Shown here piece after piece: positions 40,171 to 54,300 of a stretch of 64,000 nt of DNA; the stretch's first letter is position 1; each line of letters begins with the position of its first letter. Below the pieces are notes generated by a model. It was not told where the DNA came from. It ran no database searches and saw only the letters and a list, made by a program, of their open reading frames with translations. The DNA is from Octopus vulgaris (Eukaryota), in contig OX597828.1 of the NCBI GenBank assembly GCA_951406725.2, forward strand, positions 25,854,001 through 25,918,000, read 5' to 3'. The translations under genes and the position numbers were made by a program.

Positions 40171-40787
40171 AAATGATACACTCAAGAGATTCCCAAGAAT
40201 TCATTAAAAAAACAGTCCCAATCACTGCTATAATCCATAACGCACCACTTTTCGGTTACTTGACCATTTAACACCCAACTACTATCATACTACCTAAATT
40301 CCTTCTTATTCTCCCTTCTCTTCGTCTTCTTCCTCTCCACCACCTCCTTCCTAACTTTACTACTATTTCAGTTTAGAATAACACCTACGCAAATTTTATA
40401 AACAAAACATTCAAAAGAGATGTCTCAAGAATTCAATCACTACTACCATCCACAACGGGTCACTTTCAGGGCACTTGACCATTTAACATACTACTATCAT
40501 GGCACTCCCGCATTCTTCTTCTTCTTCTTCTTCATCTTCTTCTTCTTCTTCTTCTTCTTCTTCTTCTTCTTCTTCTTCTTCTTCTTCTTCTTCTTCTTCT
40601 TCTTCTTCTTCTTCTTCTTCCCTATCTACCAAGAATTCACAACGACCTCGAACCCATAAGAGTAAACAAGAGAGACAGAGACAGGCAGAAACAAGAAAAA
40701 TGCCCCTTGTATTTGAATACTATGCAAATATTCTTTTTAAAAACTTTTCTCTTAATTTTTCCAAAATTAAATTGTTTTCTATGCTTA

Positions 40788-40823
40788 CAATTGAAAAAGT
40801 CTCAATGACTGAAACCGGTACTG
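40788..40823 (+). ncRNA. Degenerate minimal hammerhead at the 3' end of the Penelope-like element
   Basis: UUGAAAA-AGUC(UCAAU)GACU-GAAACCGGU-A: stem II intact, palindromic stem III, core decayed from CUGAAGA. Confidence 0.5.
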
Positions 40824-40909
40824 AAATGTTTTTTTATAAAATAATTTTAGCATTTTCTGCCTTGATTCTGTGTTCCATATATATCAACTTGTATGTTCCT
40901 TTTCAACCT

Positions 40910-40975
<66 letters not shown>

Positions 40976-42085
40976 TGCATATATATATATACATATAAAC
41001 AGATACACATACATATATATCTACATACACCATACACACACATACATTCATTTTCGTCGCTCACTATTCCCGGGGTGGTCATGGGGATGGAGTCTCTCCT
41101 TTAGGGTCTTATAGGAAGCAACCGTTATCACACTTTCCAGCTGGATTCCCAAGTGTGACCGAATGAGATTATATTGGTCTACTCCTGGTCATCTCTCGAT
41201 GCCACGTCTTGAATCTTTCACGGCTTCCATCTTGCGACTCTTTCCTGCGATCTTCTAACTAAATATTAACTGTTTTATTCCTTCTCAATGCTTAAATGTA
41301 CCTCCAATCGCAACTAGAATTCTTTTTAATTATTTTTCGAAAACAACATTTTCCACTATACATCTTCACTCTGTGAAGATATTTGCTCTTCTGCAGCAAA
41401 TAAGTTAAACTGGAAATTGTCTTTAGAGCTAAATTATATGCCATATTTTCCGGCATACAAAAATATCGCCGTAGTATTTACTGTAAACATTTTAGTGTAA
41501 AGAATGAAACATCATCACAATTTCTTCAAATTCTGCTGCATTTCACATGGAACTTTCCGACTTGGTGTATAAAGCAACTTAGCTTTTTGGGGGCCGTAAA
41601 GATTGGTTTTAAAAATTCTACTTGCATGCAGGAAAATACGGTAGGTAACGATATAATTATTTTCCTACAGCAAGGTCTATGGATAACTTGTCAGATATTC
41701 AGATGCATACACACACGCATACACTTATAGGCCCCGCAAGTATAAATATACCTGACGAAGGACAATGTCTGAAACGTTATACGTTTTACTCAATATCTTC
41801 CACTTGATAAGATTTTTCCTTCTTTGAGCTTCAACTTAATAATATTAACTGTGACCATCTTTATACGTTTGTTGCTTTTCGCATTTGATTTTGTCTCTTG
41901 TTATTCATTTGTTGCGCGCGCGCGTGTGGCCCATATGAAGATATGTAGCAGTATTGGAATAAAAGAGCCATCTGCATTGCATATAAATGTATACACACAC
42001 ACACACACGCGCGCGCGTGCGCACACAAACGAAGGAGGTATATACATAAATAGAGAAAACAACGATATTTTATTCCACACGAGTA

Positions 42086-42275
42086 GAAATATAATTAATT
42101 TAATAAAATTAATAAATTTCACCTAGTAGTTTTTTCGGTATGGAAATGACCATATTTGGTAAGAATTATATTAATTATAACAAAGGGTTAATTGCAACAA
42201 GTTGCTCAAAACCACATACCGAAAATATTAAAAAAAACTGCTAGGTGAAATTTATTAATTTTATTAAATTAATTA
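42086..42275. repeat. AT-rich perfect inverted repeat (41 bp when reconstructed across the LINE)
   Basis: Left arm 42086-42126; right arm 42241-42275 plus 45303-45308. Confidence 0.85.
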
Positions 42276-45259
42276 ACAGCAAATATCCAGGGTCTTTATC
42301 CGAAAACAAAACAGTGTAAAGCCCCTTTCTTGGAAGAATTAGCAACAGAAAACAACTCCAAAATAATTGGAATTACTGAAAGTCATCTCAACGAAACATC
42401 CGCAACAGCGAAATCACAATCAATAGATTCAACATCTTCAGATGTGATAGACAAGGCAGATCCCATGGGGGCGTTATCATGTATATCCATGATACCTATG
42501 CATGCATAGAACTTGTCAATGAATCAAATGCCTACTGCAACCTGCTGTGCATAAAAATCATCCAACTTAATACAGTTGTAACAATAATGTACAGACCGCC
42601 AAACAGCCCAACATTATCCTTCACTGAGCCACTGACGAAGCTCCAACAAATTCTGGGAAACATGGCAAGTCCAATGCCAGACATTATCCTCCTTGGTGAC
42701 TTCAACTTCCCTAACATCATCTGGCCACATGGACACATACTAAAACTGGGGACAAAAGCTGAACAAATACAGGCAGCCAAACTGTTGGAAGTCACAGAGA
42801 AATTATACCTCAAACAAATGATGACAGAAGCAACAAGAAATAATAATACGATCGACTTGGTTTTCACCAACAACGAGGACACGCTATTTGACCTTCACTC
42901 AACCCCAACAATCCTTTCAGACCACAATATTATTGAAATGCATTTACACATTGGTAATGAGCCCAATGCCACAACTCTTAAACAAAAGGACATGCCAAAG
43001 CTATGCAGGTATGATTATCACCAGGCAAATTGGGAAACTATTAACAACCAGTTACAAATCATTGACTGGGATCTCTACCTTACTGGGCCAGATAAACACA
43101 AGAAATTCTTAAACAAGATCGAAGAAATATGTGAAAAAAATGTTCCTCTAAAGAAAACCAAGTCCACAAAAAAACCTGTACCACGGGAGCGAAAGATCCT
43201 GATGCGCAAAAGGTCAAGACTAAGAAACAAAACATCTAAGCTGACATCAAAACATGAATTACAGAAAGTCCTTGGCCAAATATACAGATTAGAAGACAAT
43301 CTAAAACAACACTATGATGAAGAACGTAACAATGCAGAAAAGAGAGCCATAGAAAACATCAAGAAAAATCCAAAATGTTTCTACAGTTTTGCAAAGAAAT
43401 ACTCGAACACCAAGTCAACAATAGGACCTCTCCAGAGACAAAATGGGGATGTAGTGAATAACCCTATTGAAATGGCAGAAATGTTGGGTCAACAGTATGA
43501 AAGTGTCTTCAGTGAGCCATCTAAAACCATGAAGATCCATGACCCAGGAAAATTCTTCAAGGATATCGACCATACTAAACCTACCCTATCCGACATTGAT
43601 TTCAACCCAGAAGACATAGCAAGAGCCATAGACAAGCTCTCCATGCACTCGGCTGCGGGGCCTGACGGTTTCAATGCCATGATACTTAAAAACTGCAAGG
43701 TACAATTGTCGAAACCCCTTTACATGATATGGAGGGAATCTATGGAGAATGGCAAAATACCAAATACATATAAAGAAGCACACATAACTCCAATACATAA
43801 AGGGGACAGCAAATCAAAACCAAAGAACTACCGACCAATCTCACTGACATCACACATTATCAAGGTCTTCGAAAGAATAGTTGGTGGAAAACTGGTTGAG
43901 TTCCTGGAATCCAACAATCTGATGAATTGCAACCAGCATGCATTCAGGTTAGGTAGATCATGCCTTTCCCAACTACTGGCACACCATGACCAAATCCTAG
44001 AAAATCTAGAGAATGGATACAACACAGATGTTATCTATCTCGACTTTGCCAAGGCATTTGACAAGGTAGATCATGGCATCCTGGGTCACAAACTTCGAAA
44101 GCTAGGAGTAGGAGGAAAAGTCGGTACATGGATACATGAGTTCCTTACAAATAGAACTCAAACAGTCACTGTGAATGGAACCCATTCAACACCATCACCT
44201 GTGACCAGCAGTGTTCCTCAGGGTACAGTACTCGGCCCAATCCTGTTTCTCATCCTCATCTCTGACATAGATGAAGATACAACCAGCAACGTCTCATCCT
44301 TTGCTGATGACACCAGGGTCATGAGACAAATCAAAGACGAGGTGGATACAGAGGCCTTACAAAAGGACCTGACCACCATATATAAATAGCAGGAAACAAA
44401 CAACATGTTGTTCAATGATAAGAAGTTTGAACTAATTCGCTACGGAACAGATCAAGATCTGAAAAATACAACAAACTACAGAAACCCATCAGGACAACAA
44501 ATAATGGAAAAACAGTATGTGAAAGATTTAGGCATCCACATGGGAACCAACCTAAAATTCAGAGAACACCTTGACTCAGTCTGTCTTACTGCAAGAAAGT
44601 ACAGCGGGTGGATCTTGCGCACCTTCAAATCAAGAGATACCTCAACAATGAAAACCCTCTGGAACAGTATGATACTTCCGAGGATTGACTACTGTTCTCA
44701 GTTGTGGTCACCAACAACAAAGGGCCAACTATCTAAGATAGAATCGCTCCAAAGAAATTTTACCTCATACTTCTCAGAAACGAGGGACCTGGACTATTTG
44801 CAAAGACTCAAAACCTTGAGGATGTACTCAATAGAAAGAAGATTTGAGCGATACCGAATTATATACATTTGGAAAATGATAGAGCAGAAGGTGCCAAACT
44901 TTGGTATCAAAACCTACCACTCACTGCACCACGGAAGACGCTGCCAGCTGCCACCAATCAACAAAAAGGCTGGCCAGGCAGCAAAAACCCTGCGAGAATC
45001 AAGTATGTTGGTTCGAGGAGCACAACTGTTCAACTCCATTTCGGTACATGTCAGAAATCTATCAGGATGCAGTGTGGAATCATTCAAATTGCAACTGGAT
45101 AGATACTTAAGCACTATTAGAGATGAACCCCATCTCCCAGGATATACACAACGAGCACAAACTGACTCAAACTCGCTCCTACACATGTCAAAATTAAGCA
45201 GAGAATACAACCTGGCAACCACACCAGACTCTGAAGGTGGAGTCTTCGACTTGGCCTGA
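42276..45259 (+). pseudogene. LINE ORF2 (APE endonuclease-reverse transcriptase) with one frameshift (~42395) and one in-frame TAG (44387-44389)
   Basis: ANIQGL, ITESHL, YRPP, GDFN, IDLVF, SDHN (endonuclease); AAGPDG, YRPISL, LDFAKAFDKVDH, VPQGTVLGP, FADD, KDLGI (RT); ORFs 42479-44389 and 44405-45259 are in the same frame. Confidence 0.93.
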
Positions 45260-45297
45260 GCATGGACTCAAACCCAAATGAAATGAAATGAAAATGA
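42276..45297 (+). mobile_element. CR1-like LINE, 5'-truncated at the start of ORF2
   Basis: APE endonuclease plus RT, short 3' UTR, (TGAAA)n tail at 45276-45297, 5-bp TSD AATTA (42271-42275, 45298-45302). Confidence 0.93.
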
Positions 45298-45544
45298 AAT
45301 TATATTTCACCCTTTATGCATATTGAATACTATTACTCCCTTACAATGAATCTGCGAAACTTCGTTTCGTTGGTAATGTTTTTGTAACCCACGTGGTAAT
45401 TTTGGAGGGAGATACGAATTCGCCTGTCTATATAAATGTAGAGATGCTAGCGGACCGTTATATCGTTCGATGTCGCCTGATCGAATTAATATAATTGGTG
45501 ATTTTTTTCCTAGCATATCTAGATTTATAGGAAATATTATGTTG

Positions 45545-45774
45545 AAAAGGAAATGAACTTTCGGTTCTAATCCAGAAACGATTTCGTCTATAATTAATAC
45601 AATAGGCTGGGATTTCGTTGTCTTCTTTCTCTTTACCATATACGGGTTACAAATTCTGTTTGTTAGTGGAGACTTTTTTACTAGTAGTAGAAATAGTAGG
45701 CTATTTGGCTGCTATTTCTAATATTTTCGGTATGTGGTTTTGAGCAACTTGTTGCAATTAACCCTTTATTATAA

Positions 45775-45775
<1 letters not shown>
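45545..45775. repeat. Dispersed repeat, also at 53863-54063 and inverted at 42176-42229
   Basis: GGAAATGAAC.TTCGGTTCTAATCCAGAAACGATT and TTCGGTATGTGGTTTT.AGCAACTTGTTGCAATTAACCC shared. Confidence 0.75.
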
Positions 45776-45865
<90 letters not shown>

Positions 45866-45868
<3 letters not shown>

Positions 45869-46050
45869 GGGAGAGTTTACGAAAAAAACAAAAGACGAAG
45901 ACAGGTGGTATACAAAACAAACAGATGTATTAGTATTCAGGAATAGAAAAAGTCTTTTGCGTTTCGAGCCTACGCTCTTCTACAGAAAGGGACACAGAAA
46001 AAAACAAGGAGAGAAAAAAATGTGTAGTAGCTAACGATCTATCATGGTGA
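45866..46050 (-). mobile_element. Penelope-type terminal repeat with hammerhead motif (45954-45989)
   Basis: Homologous to 5737-5945; CUUU-CUGUAGA-A-GAGC(GUAG)GCUC-GAAACGC-A-AAAG; abuts (TA)n. Confidence 0.65.
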
Positions 46051-46053
46051 CTA

Positions 46054-46907
46054 GGCACATGTGGGACTGTGTGGCAAGCGGTTTGCTTCCCAAACTCATG
46101 GTTCTGGGTTCAGTCCCACTGCGTGGAACCGTCGACAAGTGTCTTCTACTAAGGTTCCAGGCCGACCGAAGACTTGTGAGTGGATTTGGTAGACAGAAAC
46201 TGAAAGAAGCCCGGCGTATATATATATATGCGTGTGTGTATGTGTATGTATGTGAATATGTATGTGTGTGTGTGTGTCTGTGTGTGCGTGTGTGTATCCA
46301 TGATTTTGTCCGTCATTGTCTACATGATTGTTCTCCACCGCATGACAAGTGATGTTGGTTTGTTTACGGCTCCGTAACTTAGCAGTTCGGCTGAGGAGAC
46401 ATATTGTTAAAGTACTAGGCTTAAAAATATCATTGCTAGGGAAGATCGATTTGTTCGACAAACTTTAAAGATGCTGCCCCAGCATGGCTGCCGTTCAACA
46501 ACTGAAACAAGTAAAAGATGAAAGAAAAAATTTTGTAGGAGTAGCTGTGTGGTAAGTAGCTTGCTTACCAATCACATGGTTCCGGGTTCAGTCCCACAAC
46601 TAATAGCCTCGGGCTGACCAAAGCCTTGTGAGTGGATTTGGTAGACGGAAACTGAAAGAAGCCCGTCGTATATATATGTATGTATATGTATATGTTTGTG
46701 TGTCTGTGTTTGTCCACCCAACATCGCTTGACAACCGATGCTGGTGTGTTTACATCCCCGTAACTTAGCGATTCAGCAAAAGAGATCGATAGAATAAGTA
46801 CTGGGCTTACAAAGAATGAGAACCTGGGGTCGATTTGCTCGACTAAAGGCGGTGCTCCAGCATGGCCACAGTCAAATGACTGAAACAAGTAAAAGAGTAA
46901 AAGAGTA
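46054..46907 (+). mobile_element. Two tandem family-A SINEs (older 46054-46525, younger 46535-46907)
   Basis: Two heads, two bodies, two GAAACAAGTAAAAGA tails. Confidence 0.88.
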
Positions 46908-46938
46908 TATATATATATATACATACCTGTGTGTGTGT

Positions 46939-46989
<51 letters not shown>

Positions 46990-47576
46990 TATGTATGTAT
47001 TTGTATATAGAAACACACCCAGAGGTACACGTGCACACACCTGTATACACACGCGTTCGCTCACGGCTTATAAAAAGAGTTAATGACAGCCACACTGTTG
47101 TTGCTCTCTCCAATCCTCACTTCCCATTGTAATCTACCACTGCCCGTGTGTATTAGCAGTTATTCCCTGGTTATAGAAAAAATAAATACATCCCACCCAA
47201 CCACTTAACTAATAGACTAATCATCCACCCATACATCCATCCATACATCCATACATACATTCAACCAGCAGTCTATACACTCATTCGCGTGTCTCTTGCA
47301 CCTTCTAACACTGTTCCGTAATGTCCCAACGAGACCTAAATTGCAGCATGTATGTGTGCACGTATGTATGAATCAATGTGGGTGTGTGTATATATATGTG
47401 TGCATGCAGCAGTGTATATCTGTGTGTATGTGTGGTACTGTGTATGTGTACGCACATATATGTGTGTGTGGTTAACAGAGTGAGAGAGAAAAACCTGTGT
47501 TCTTTCCTTCATATACATAAAAAAAAACTTAAGCGTGTGTGTCTGCGCGTTTACGCACGGACATATGCATATGTAC

Positions 47577-47661
<85 letters not shown>

Positions 47662-47684
47662 TGTGTGTGTGTGTGTATGTATAC

Positions 47685-47737
<53 letters not shown>

Positions 47738-47833
47738 CATACATACATACATAGATAGACATGTTCGTATGTGTATAATTAGCGACGGAAGAAGTACGTT
47801 ATAGATACATGTATATTTATATATGCATATGCT

Positions 47834-47868
<35 letters not shown>

Positions 47869-47933
47869 ATATACATACATGCATATATATATATATATAT
47901 ATATATATACCTATACGTATGAATGTATGTGTA

Positions 47934-47978
<45 letters not shown>

Positions 47979-48017
47979 ATACGTATGAATGTATATGTAT
48001 GTGTGTGTGTATGTGTG

Positions 48018-48067
<50 letters not shown>

Positions 48068-48663
48068 CATACATATATACACATAAATCGATTAATAGGT
48101 AACTCTATATAACATTGTGTTTCTCACATCCGAAGTGGGACAGAACATAAGAATAGTGGCGGCCATCTATGTAGATACGTGTTGCCGCTTGGCTTCTGTT
48201 GCACTTAATTCAATTGGTCTCTCTCTCTCTCACACACTCTCTTTCTCTCCCCTTCCTCTCCCCCCCTCTCTCTCTCTCTCTCCCATCTTTCTCCCCCCCC
48301 TCTCTCTCTCTCATTCTGTGCCACATTAAGAAAGCATTAATGGCTGGAAAATTGAAATGCGTCTAGAATATGTTACGTCCAGCACCAATCCTTTTATTCT
48401 CTCTTTCATCCATCATTTCACTCACCCCTTAAACTTTAATCTTTAATCTTTCTCGTTTTCCGTTCTGTGTTCAACCCCCGCCCCCCCCCCACACATATGT
48501 ATGTATGTATAAACACGCACACACACACACATATATATACACACATATGTATATTTATATATATGCATATATATGTATATATGTACATATATGCATACAT
48601 ATATATGTAAATATGTATATATGAATATATATATATACATACATACATACATACATACACACA

Positions 48664-48696
<33 letters not shown>

Positions 48697-48786
48697 GTAT
48701 ATATATAAATGTATATGTATATATATAAATATATGTATATATATACATATAAATGTATATATGTACATACATACATACATATATAT

Positions 48787-48818
<32 letters not shown>

Positions 48819-49127
48819 GTATATTCTCTTTGTTTCTTATTTTCTTTCTTTAGGTCTCTCCTTCTTTTTCTTTCCTCTCGTTCTTTCCATCTTTTGTGTA
48901 CCCGATCCTCTCTAATTTTGCATACATAGAATGTACAGCAAAACTTATTCATACCTGTATGGCTGCAACTGTGTCCGTTTACATATGCGTAGCTAAGTGT
49001 GTGTGTGTGTGTGGGGGTATTAATGACTGGATGTATAATGTATGTATGAATGTAGTAGCTCATATACAAATATATACATATATATACACACTCACAAACA
49101 CATATATATACATATATTCATATGTAT

Positions 49128-49166
<39 letters not shown>

Positions 49167-49169
49167 AAA

Positions 49170-49460
49170 ATGAATGTTTTTATATATAATGAACGTGAAA
49201 TACAGGAAGGGACGAACACTGAACACAGACAAATCATTCGAAGCCTTCAATCTTCAGTCAGACACCGAATCATCATAGCAAATTTCGGCTGTTCAATTCT
49301 GATATTTGCTCCAACTCGGCCAGCCCCAAGAAAAAAAACTAAGCTGTAAGCATTAGATTTCTTGGTAGAAGACAGGAATGTGAACGCACAAGACGGATGT
49401 AAATACAAGAGACGAAAACGAAATTGAAAACAGTAATGAATAAACAAAATGTATATAACG
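49170..49460. repeat. Dispersed repeat homologous to 63195-63500 (probably PLE-derived)
   Basis: Shared AATTTCGGCT...TTGCTCCAA..GGCCA.CCCCAAG.AAAAACTAAGCT..AGCA.TAGATT; both follow (TA)n. Confidence 0.6.
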
Positions 49461-50213
49461 GTGGTTGTCATACGACTTTAGACCAAATGAGACAAAACAA
49501 CAACAACATAGCAGCTGGCGTAGAAATAATTACCGTTTCGGTAGCGGGGACACATGTTGGTCGAGATACGATGGCCAACAGAATGGTTAAGAAGCAGCAG
49601 GTTGCAGGAGAGAGAGAGAAAGAGAGACAGAGAGAGAGGGAATCAAAGAGGGTGGAAGGCAGGGGACAGAATCAGTGACCAAGAGAAAAGGAGAAAGAAG
49701 GGATTAAGGAGGATGGGAGGAAGAGGGGAGGAGGATGGGAGGAAGAGGGGGAAGAATCGGAGGGCGCCAAAATAGTTTGGTGAAGAAGCAATGGCGGGTA
49801 GGAAAGACAGTGTGTATAGAAGTCGTGCAGGGTTTAAAATTGGACAAACAAACGGGGGAGTACATGTAACGCCGCAATAATATAAGAATGAATGTTTTTA
49901 TATATAATGAACGTGAAATATATGTATATGTATATATACACACACATACACACGCACACATATACGCACACACCTGTCTCACCTTGCTTTTTTTTTGCAT
50001 TCTCTATCGGCCGTTCTTTTTTCTTTCATATGTGCCTCCATAATGCACAGAAAAACATACACACAAACATCCAATAATATATACGGATGTATATCACGTT
50101 GTCAGGGTTAAGTTTCCTAGCGATATTTTCTACAAGTAAATGTAATTCTTTGAGCATATCTCTATCTCTGTATATACAGATGTGTGGGTATTGTGTGTGT
50201 GGTGTGCATTTAA

Positions 50214-50257
<44 letters not shown>

Positions 50258-50564
50258 GTCTACTTGTATAATTGTTCTATTGCACCAAATGAATTTTTTT
50301 TCAGCCTGGCGGCTTTCGCAATATCAGTAAATGTTTTATTCTCTGTTTTCACCTAGAAATCGGTGGCAACAAATCTCATCAGAACATGTATCTGATTGTC
50401 AATACACGCCATTGACAAAGCTCAACGAGAAAGAAATGCACCCCGCGTTCTCACAAGCCGATGCTGCTGGCACAGTTTTCGTCTCTTTTTACTTACATAA
50501 GGGATTTTATCTCCGGATGAATACCGAAGTAAATTTGCCTTTTGGCGACGTATTTACATAAAGC

Positions 50565-50985
<421 letters not shown>

Positions 50986-51119
50986 ATTTGTAACAATTTT
51001 GCTGCTCTAGGGAAAAGGAGTTGTGGCCTACAAAAAAATATACCATTTAAAAGAGCCATACATAAAAAGGAGTAACTTATAATTAAGACATTGAGATAAT
51101 GTTTCCCTTCCTGAATTTT

Positions 51120-51225
51120 CATTCTAAGAGAATATGGCTTAATTTGAGAGAGAGCTGTCGCTAATATTTCTATTATTTCTAGGAAATATAAGCTTTATCA
51201 TTAATTCAATATGACAACTGGTTGA
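51120..51225. repeat. ~105-bp repeat duplicated at 53655-53757
   Basis: ATTCTAAGAGAATATG.CTTA.TTTGAGAGAG...GGAAATATAAGCTTTATCATT.ATTCAATATGACAACT.GTTGA. Confidence 0.85.
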
Positions 51226-51227
51226 GC

Positions 51228-51283
<56 letters not shown>

Positions 51284-51832
51284 GGATGGATAGATAGATA
51301 GATAGATAGATATGTTTCTTTATTAGCCACACAGGGCTGCACACAGACAGAACAAATTACAAGGTAGAGCTTTTCTTTTGGGGGTAAAAAAAAGGGGGCT
51401 GGTTTTCGATCAAAAGGGATCGTAAAAGGAAAGAAAGAGGACAAAAAATGGGAGGATTTAAAATAAAAAGGGGGGTGAGGGAAAAAAAAGAAAAGGGGAG
51501 AGGAAAAAATGTTGATCAATAGGGATCGTAATCACAGAAATGTCAATATGAAGTGTAAAGGGGAGGACAGGTGAGGTTTACCCGTGGAAAGAAAAGCCTA
51601 CGGAAAAGACCACGGTAACCTCGGTCAATGAAGTCACATGTTATATTTCTTTCTTTTATTATTTTTTTTGCAAATAAGCAACTCTCTGTATTAATTTTTA
51701 CGGTTCATAGAATCATAGTCAAGATAGATAGATAGATATGTTTCTTTATTAGCCACACAGGGCTGCACACAGACGGGACAGATTACAAAGTAGAGCTTTT
51801 CTTTATGGGGTAAAAAGGAGGTGGGGTAGGTT

Positions 51833-51912
<80 letters not shown>

Positions 51913-52182
51913 CATATATTAGAGTTGACAGTTCAGTGGTTTCTATGTTGTTTTTGTTGTTAATGCAGAAACTAGTCTGCTTCGACTTGCTTCAGAAGAT
52001 TTATAAAGTGTGGGCAATCCAATCAGACACTCGCAGCCTATTTTCTGAACATGCCATATTGGTGTCTGGAGTTGTCTGGCTAGGGTCAGTTTAAGCCTGT
52101 TAGAGTCTGAGAAGACATTTTTACAGTGGCTCTGCTATATTTCTGTCTGTTTTCGTCTGATTGGAAACCTCATTCTATACTG

Positions 52183-52340
<158 letters not shown>

Positions 52341-52689
52341 CTGTCTGTCTGCCTGTTTGTCTGTGAAACTATCGATATGTGTGTGCGTGTGAGTATGTGT
52401 ATACATATATGCATGTATATATCAATATGTGTGTGTGTACACGCGTGCGTTTTGTGGAATGTGTGTTGTGGCAGATGTATATTACGTACATATAATAATG
52501 TATGTGTAATCGGTAGATATTATATTGTATTACATTACATAAGATGTACATATTATATGACACGCTGATGAAGTCAGTAACATAGCACATCTTCCCTTGT
52601 TATGTCCAGTTCCTTGTTTCCAAAGAAACTGGAAACTCGGAGTAGCGATTTGTGAAATTTCAGCTTTCGGTAAAATATAATATTTTAGC

Positions 52690-52860
52690 TTCAGACCGAG
52701 GCGTACCTAGAATGTGTGTCGCCCGGGTTCCGAAGCCCAGAGCAGCCCTTGAATTTGCTCTTCCTACTCCGTGCTCCAATTCTATTCGGCAGACGTTCCA
52801 AACCAACAAGCCGCAGACGAGCACCGGCTCCGAATCAGTAACGAGCCGCAGACCCTTTGG
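52690..52860 (+). mobile_element. hAT-like MITE end, duplicated at 53514-53652
   Basis: GTACCTAGAAT...CCGAAGCC.AGAGCAGC.CTTGAATTTGC shared; second copy starts CAGTGGGGTACCTAG. Confidence 0.5.
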
Positions 52861-53754
52861 TATCAGGCCGCAGAGAAAGAATAAATTTCGTAATTTTATT
52901 TCTATTGATTGGAAGTGTGCAAGGCATTTTGCATTATAAATGCAGTAAGAATTAAAATGTAGATTGTGCACTTCATTGTGTTTCGTTATGCAGGGGTTTC
53001 CCCCCGGTCTGTATAAATATTGTTCTGCATCAAACTGTCATTGGTTGGTGCAAAAATAAGTTGGGAACCGCTGTTATACAGGCTTGAACAGCAGACCCAA
53101 ATGCGCCGCCCCTATAAAAGCTTCGCCGGTAGTGGCCCATCGCCCGCCTCCCCATTCCCTTAGCTGCATTACTGCTTTAGTAATGGTTATGTTCTTTCTT
53201 CCTAGTAATTCACATTCAAGTATTTATACACTCACCTACACATAAACACACAGACATACACACACTGATAGACACAGACACACATGCAACATAAAAGAAT
53301 AGAAAATTGGAATCCGGTCAGGTACCTTGTTAGCACTCTGATATAATCCAGATCTGGCTAACCACATCGAATGATAAGAAACATTAAGAGAATCAATTAC
53401 ACAGTCCTTCACTCGATAGGTAAAGCCTGACATCGCTTCACCCACTCGCATCGTAGCGTAGAATGAATATCTACTGCAAATGAATCAACATAAATCTTGC
53501 ATCAGCTTTAGTACAGTGGGGTACCTAGAATAGGAGCAGCTTGGAGGCCGAAGCCTAGAGCAGCTCTTGAATTTGCCTCTCCCATCTCCTTTAAGGCAGT
53601 AGCTGCCTCTCTTGTCTTCGAGTTGAGGACGAGTACCGAGCCGTAGATCCCTTTATTCTAAGAGAATATGACTTAGTTTGAGAGAGTTGTCGCTAATATT
53701 TCTATTATTTCTAGGAAATATAAGCTTTATCATTGATTCAATATGACAACTAGT

Positions 53755-53808
<54 letters not shown>

Positions 53809-54060
53809 TATTATCTAGATCACCGCTCAACGTAAACATAAGATTTTAAGAAAAATTTGACAAGGAAATGAACCTTCGGTTCTAATCCAGAAACGATTCT
53901 TCTATATTATGTCATTGTATGAAAAAATTTTATAACATTTTCAGACATATACACTCAAATATATATTTTTGTAACTTTTCATTAGTAAAAATAGTGATCA
54001 ATTTTGGCTGCTATTTCTAATATTTTCGGTATGTGGTTTTAGCAACTTGTTGCAATTAAC

Positions 54061-54192
<132 letters not shown>

Positions 54193-54250
54193 GTACATAT
54201 AGATTGTCACGCAAGCCGAGAGACTGACATGCAGACAGATACAGACAGAC

Positions 54251-54300
<50 letters not shown>

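Larger units (their letters stand above)
39115..40825 (+). mobile_element. Rearranged Penelope-like retroelement (RT fragments, GIY-YIG endonuclease, 3' region)
   Basis: RPIIAGPTCETHRLS...VSFDVINLYSN (+), IKEADKGSAVVLMD...PKIHK (-), NLIYALTCSGCQEQY..QT..LRKRM..HR (+), terminal hammerhead relic. Confidence 0.88.

Noticed and set aside
50356-50528. Possible plus-strand exon (NRWQQISSEH...)
   Set aside because: Weak donor, no recognisable protein similarity, no partner exons
52991-53073. Short hAT/Charlie-like element CAGGGGTTTCCC...GGGAACCGCTG
   Set aside because: TIRs imperfect and no 8-bp TSD; too weak to call
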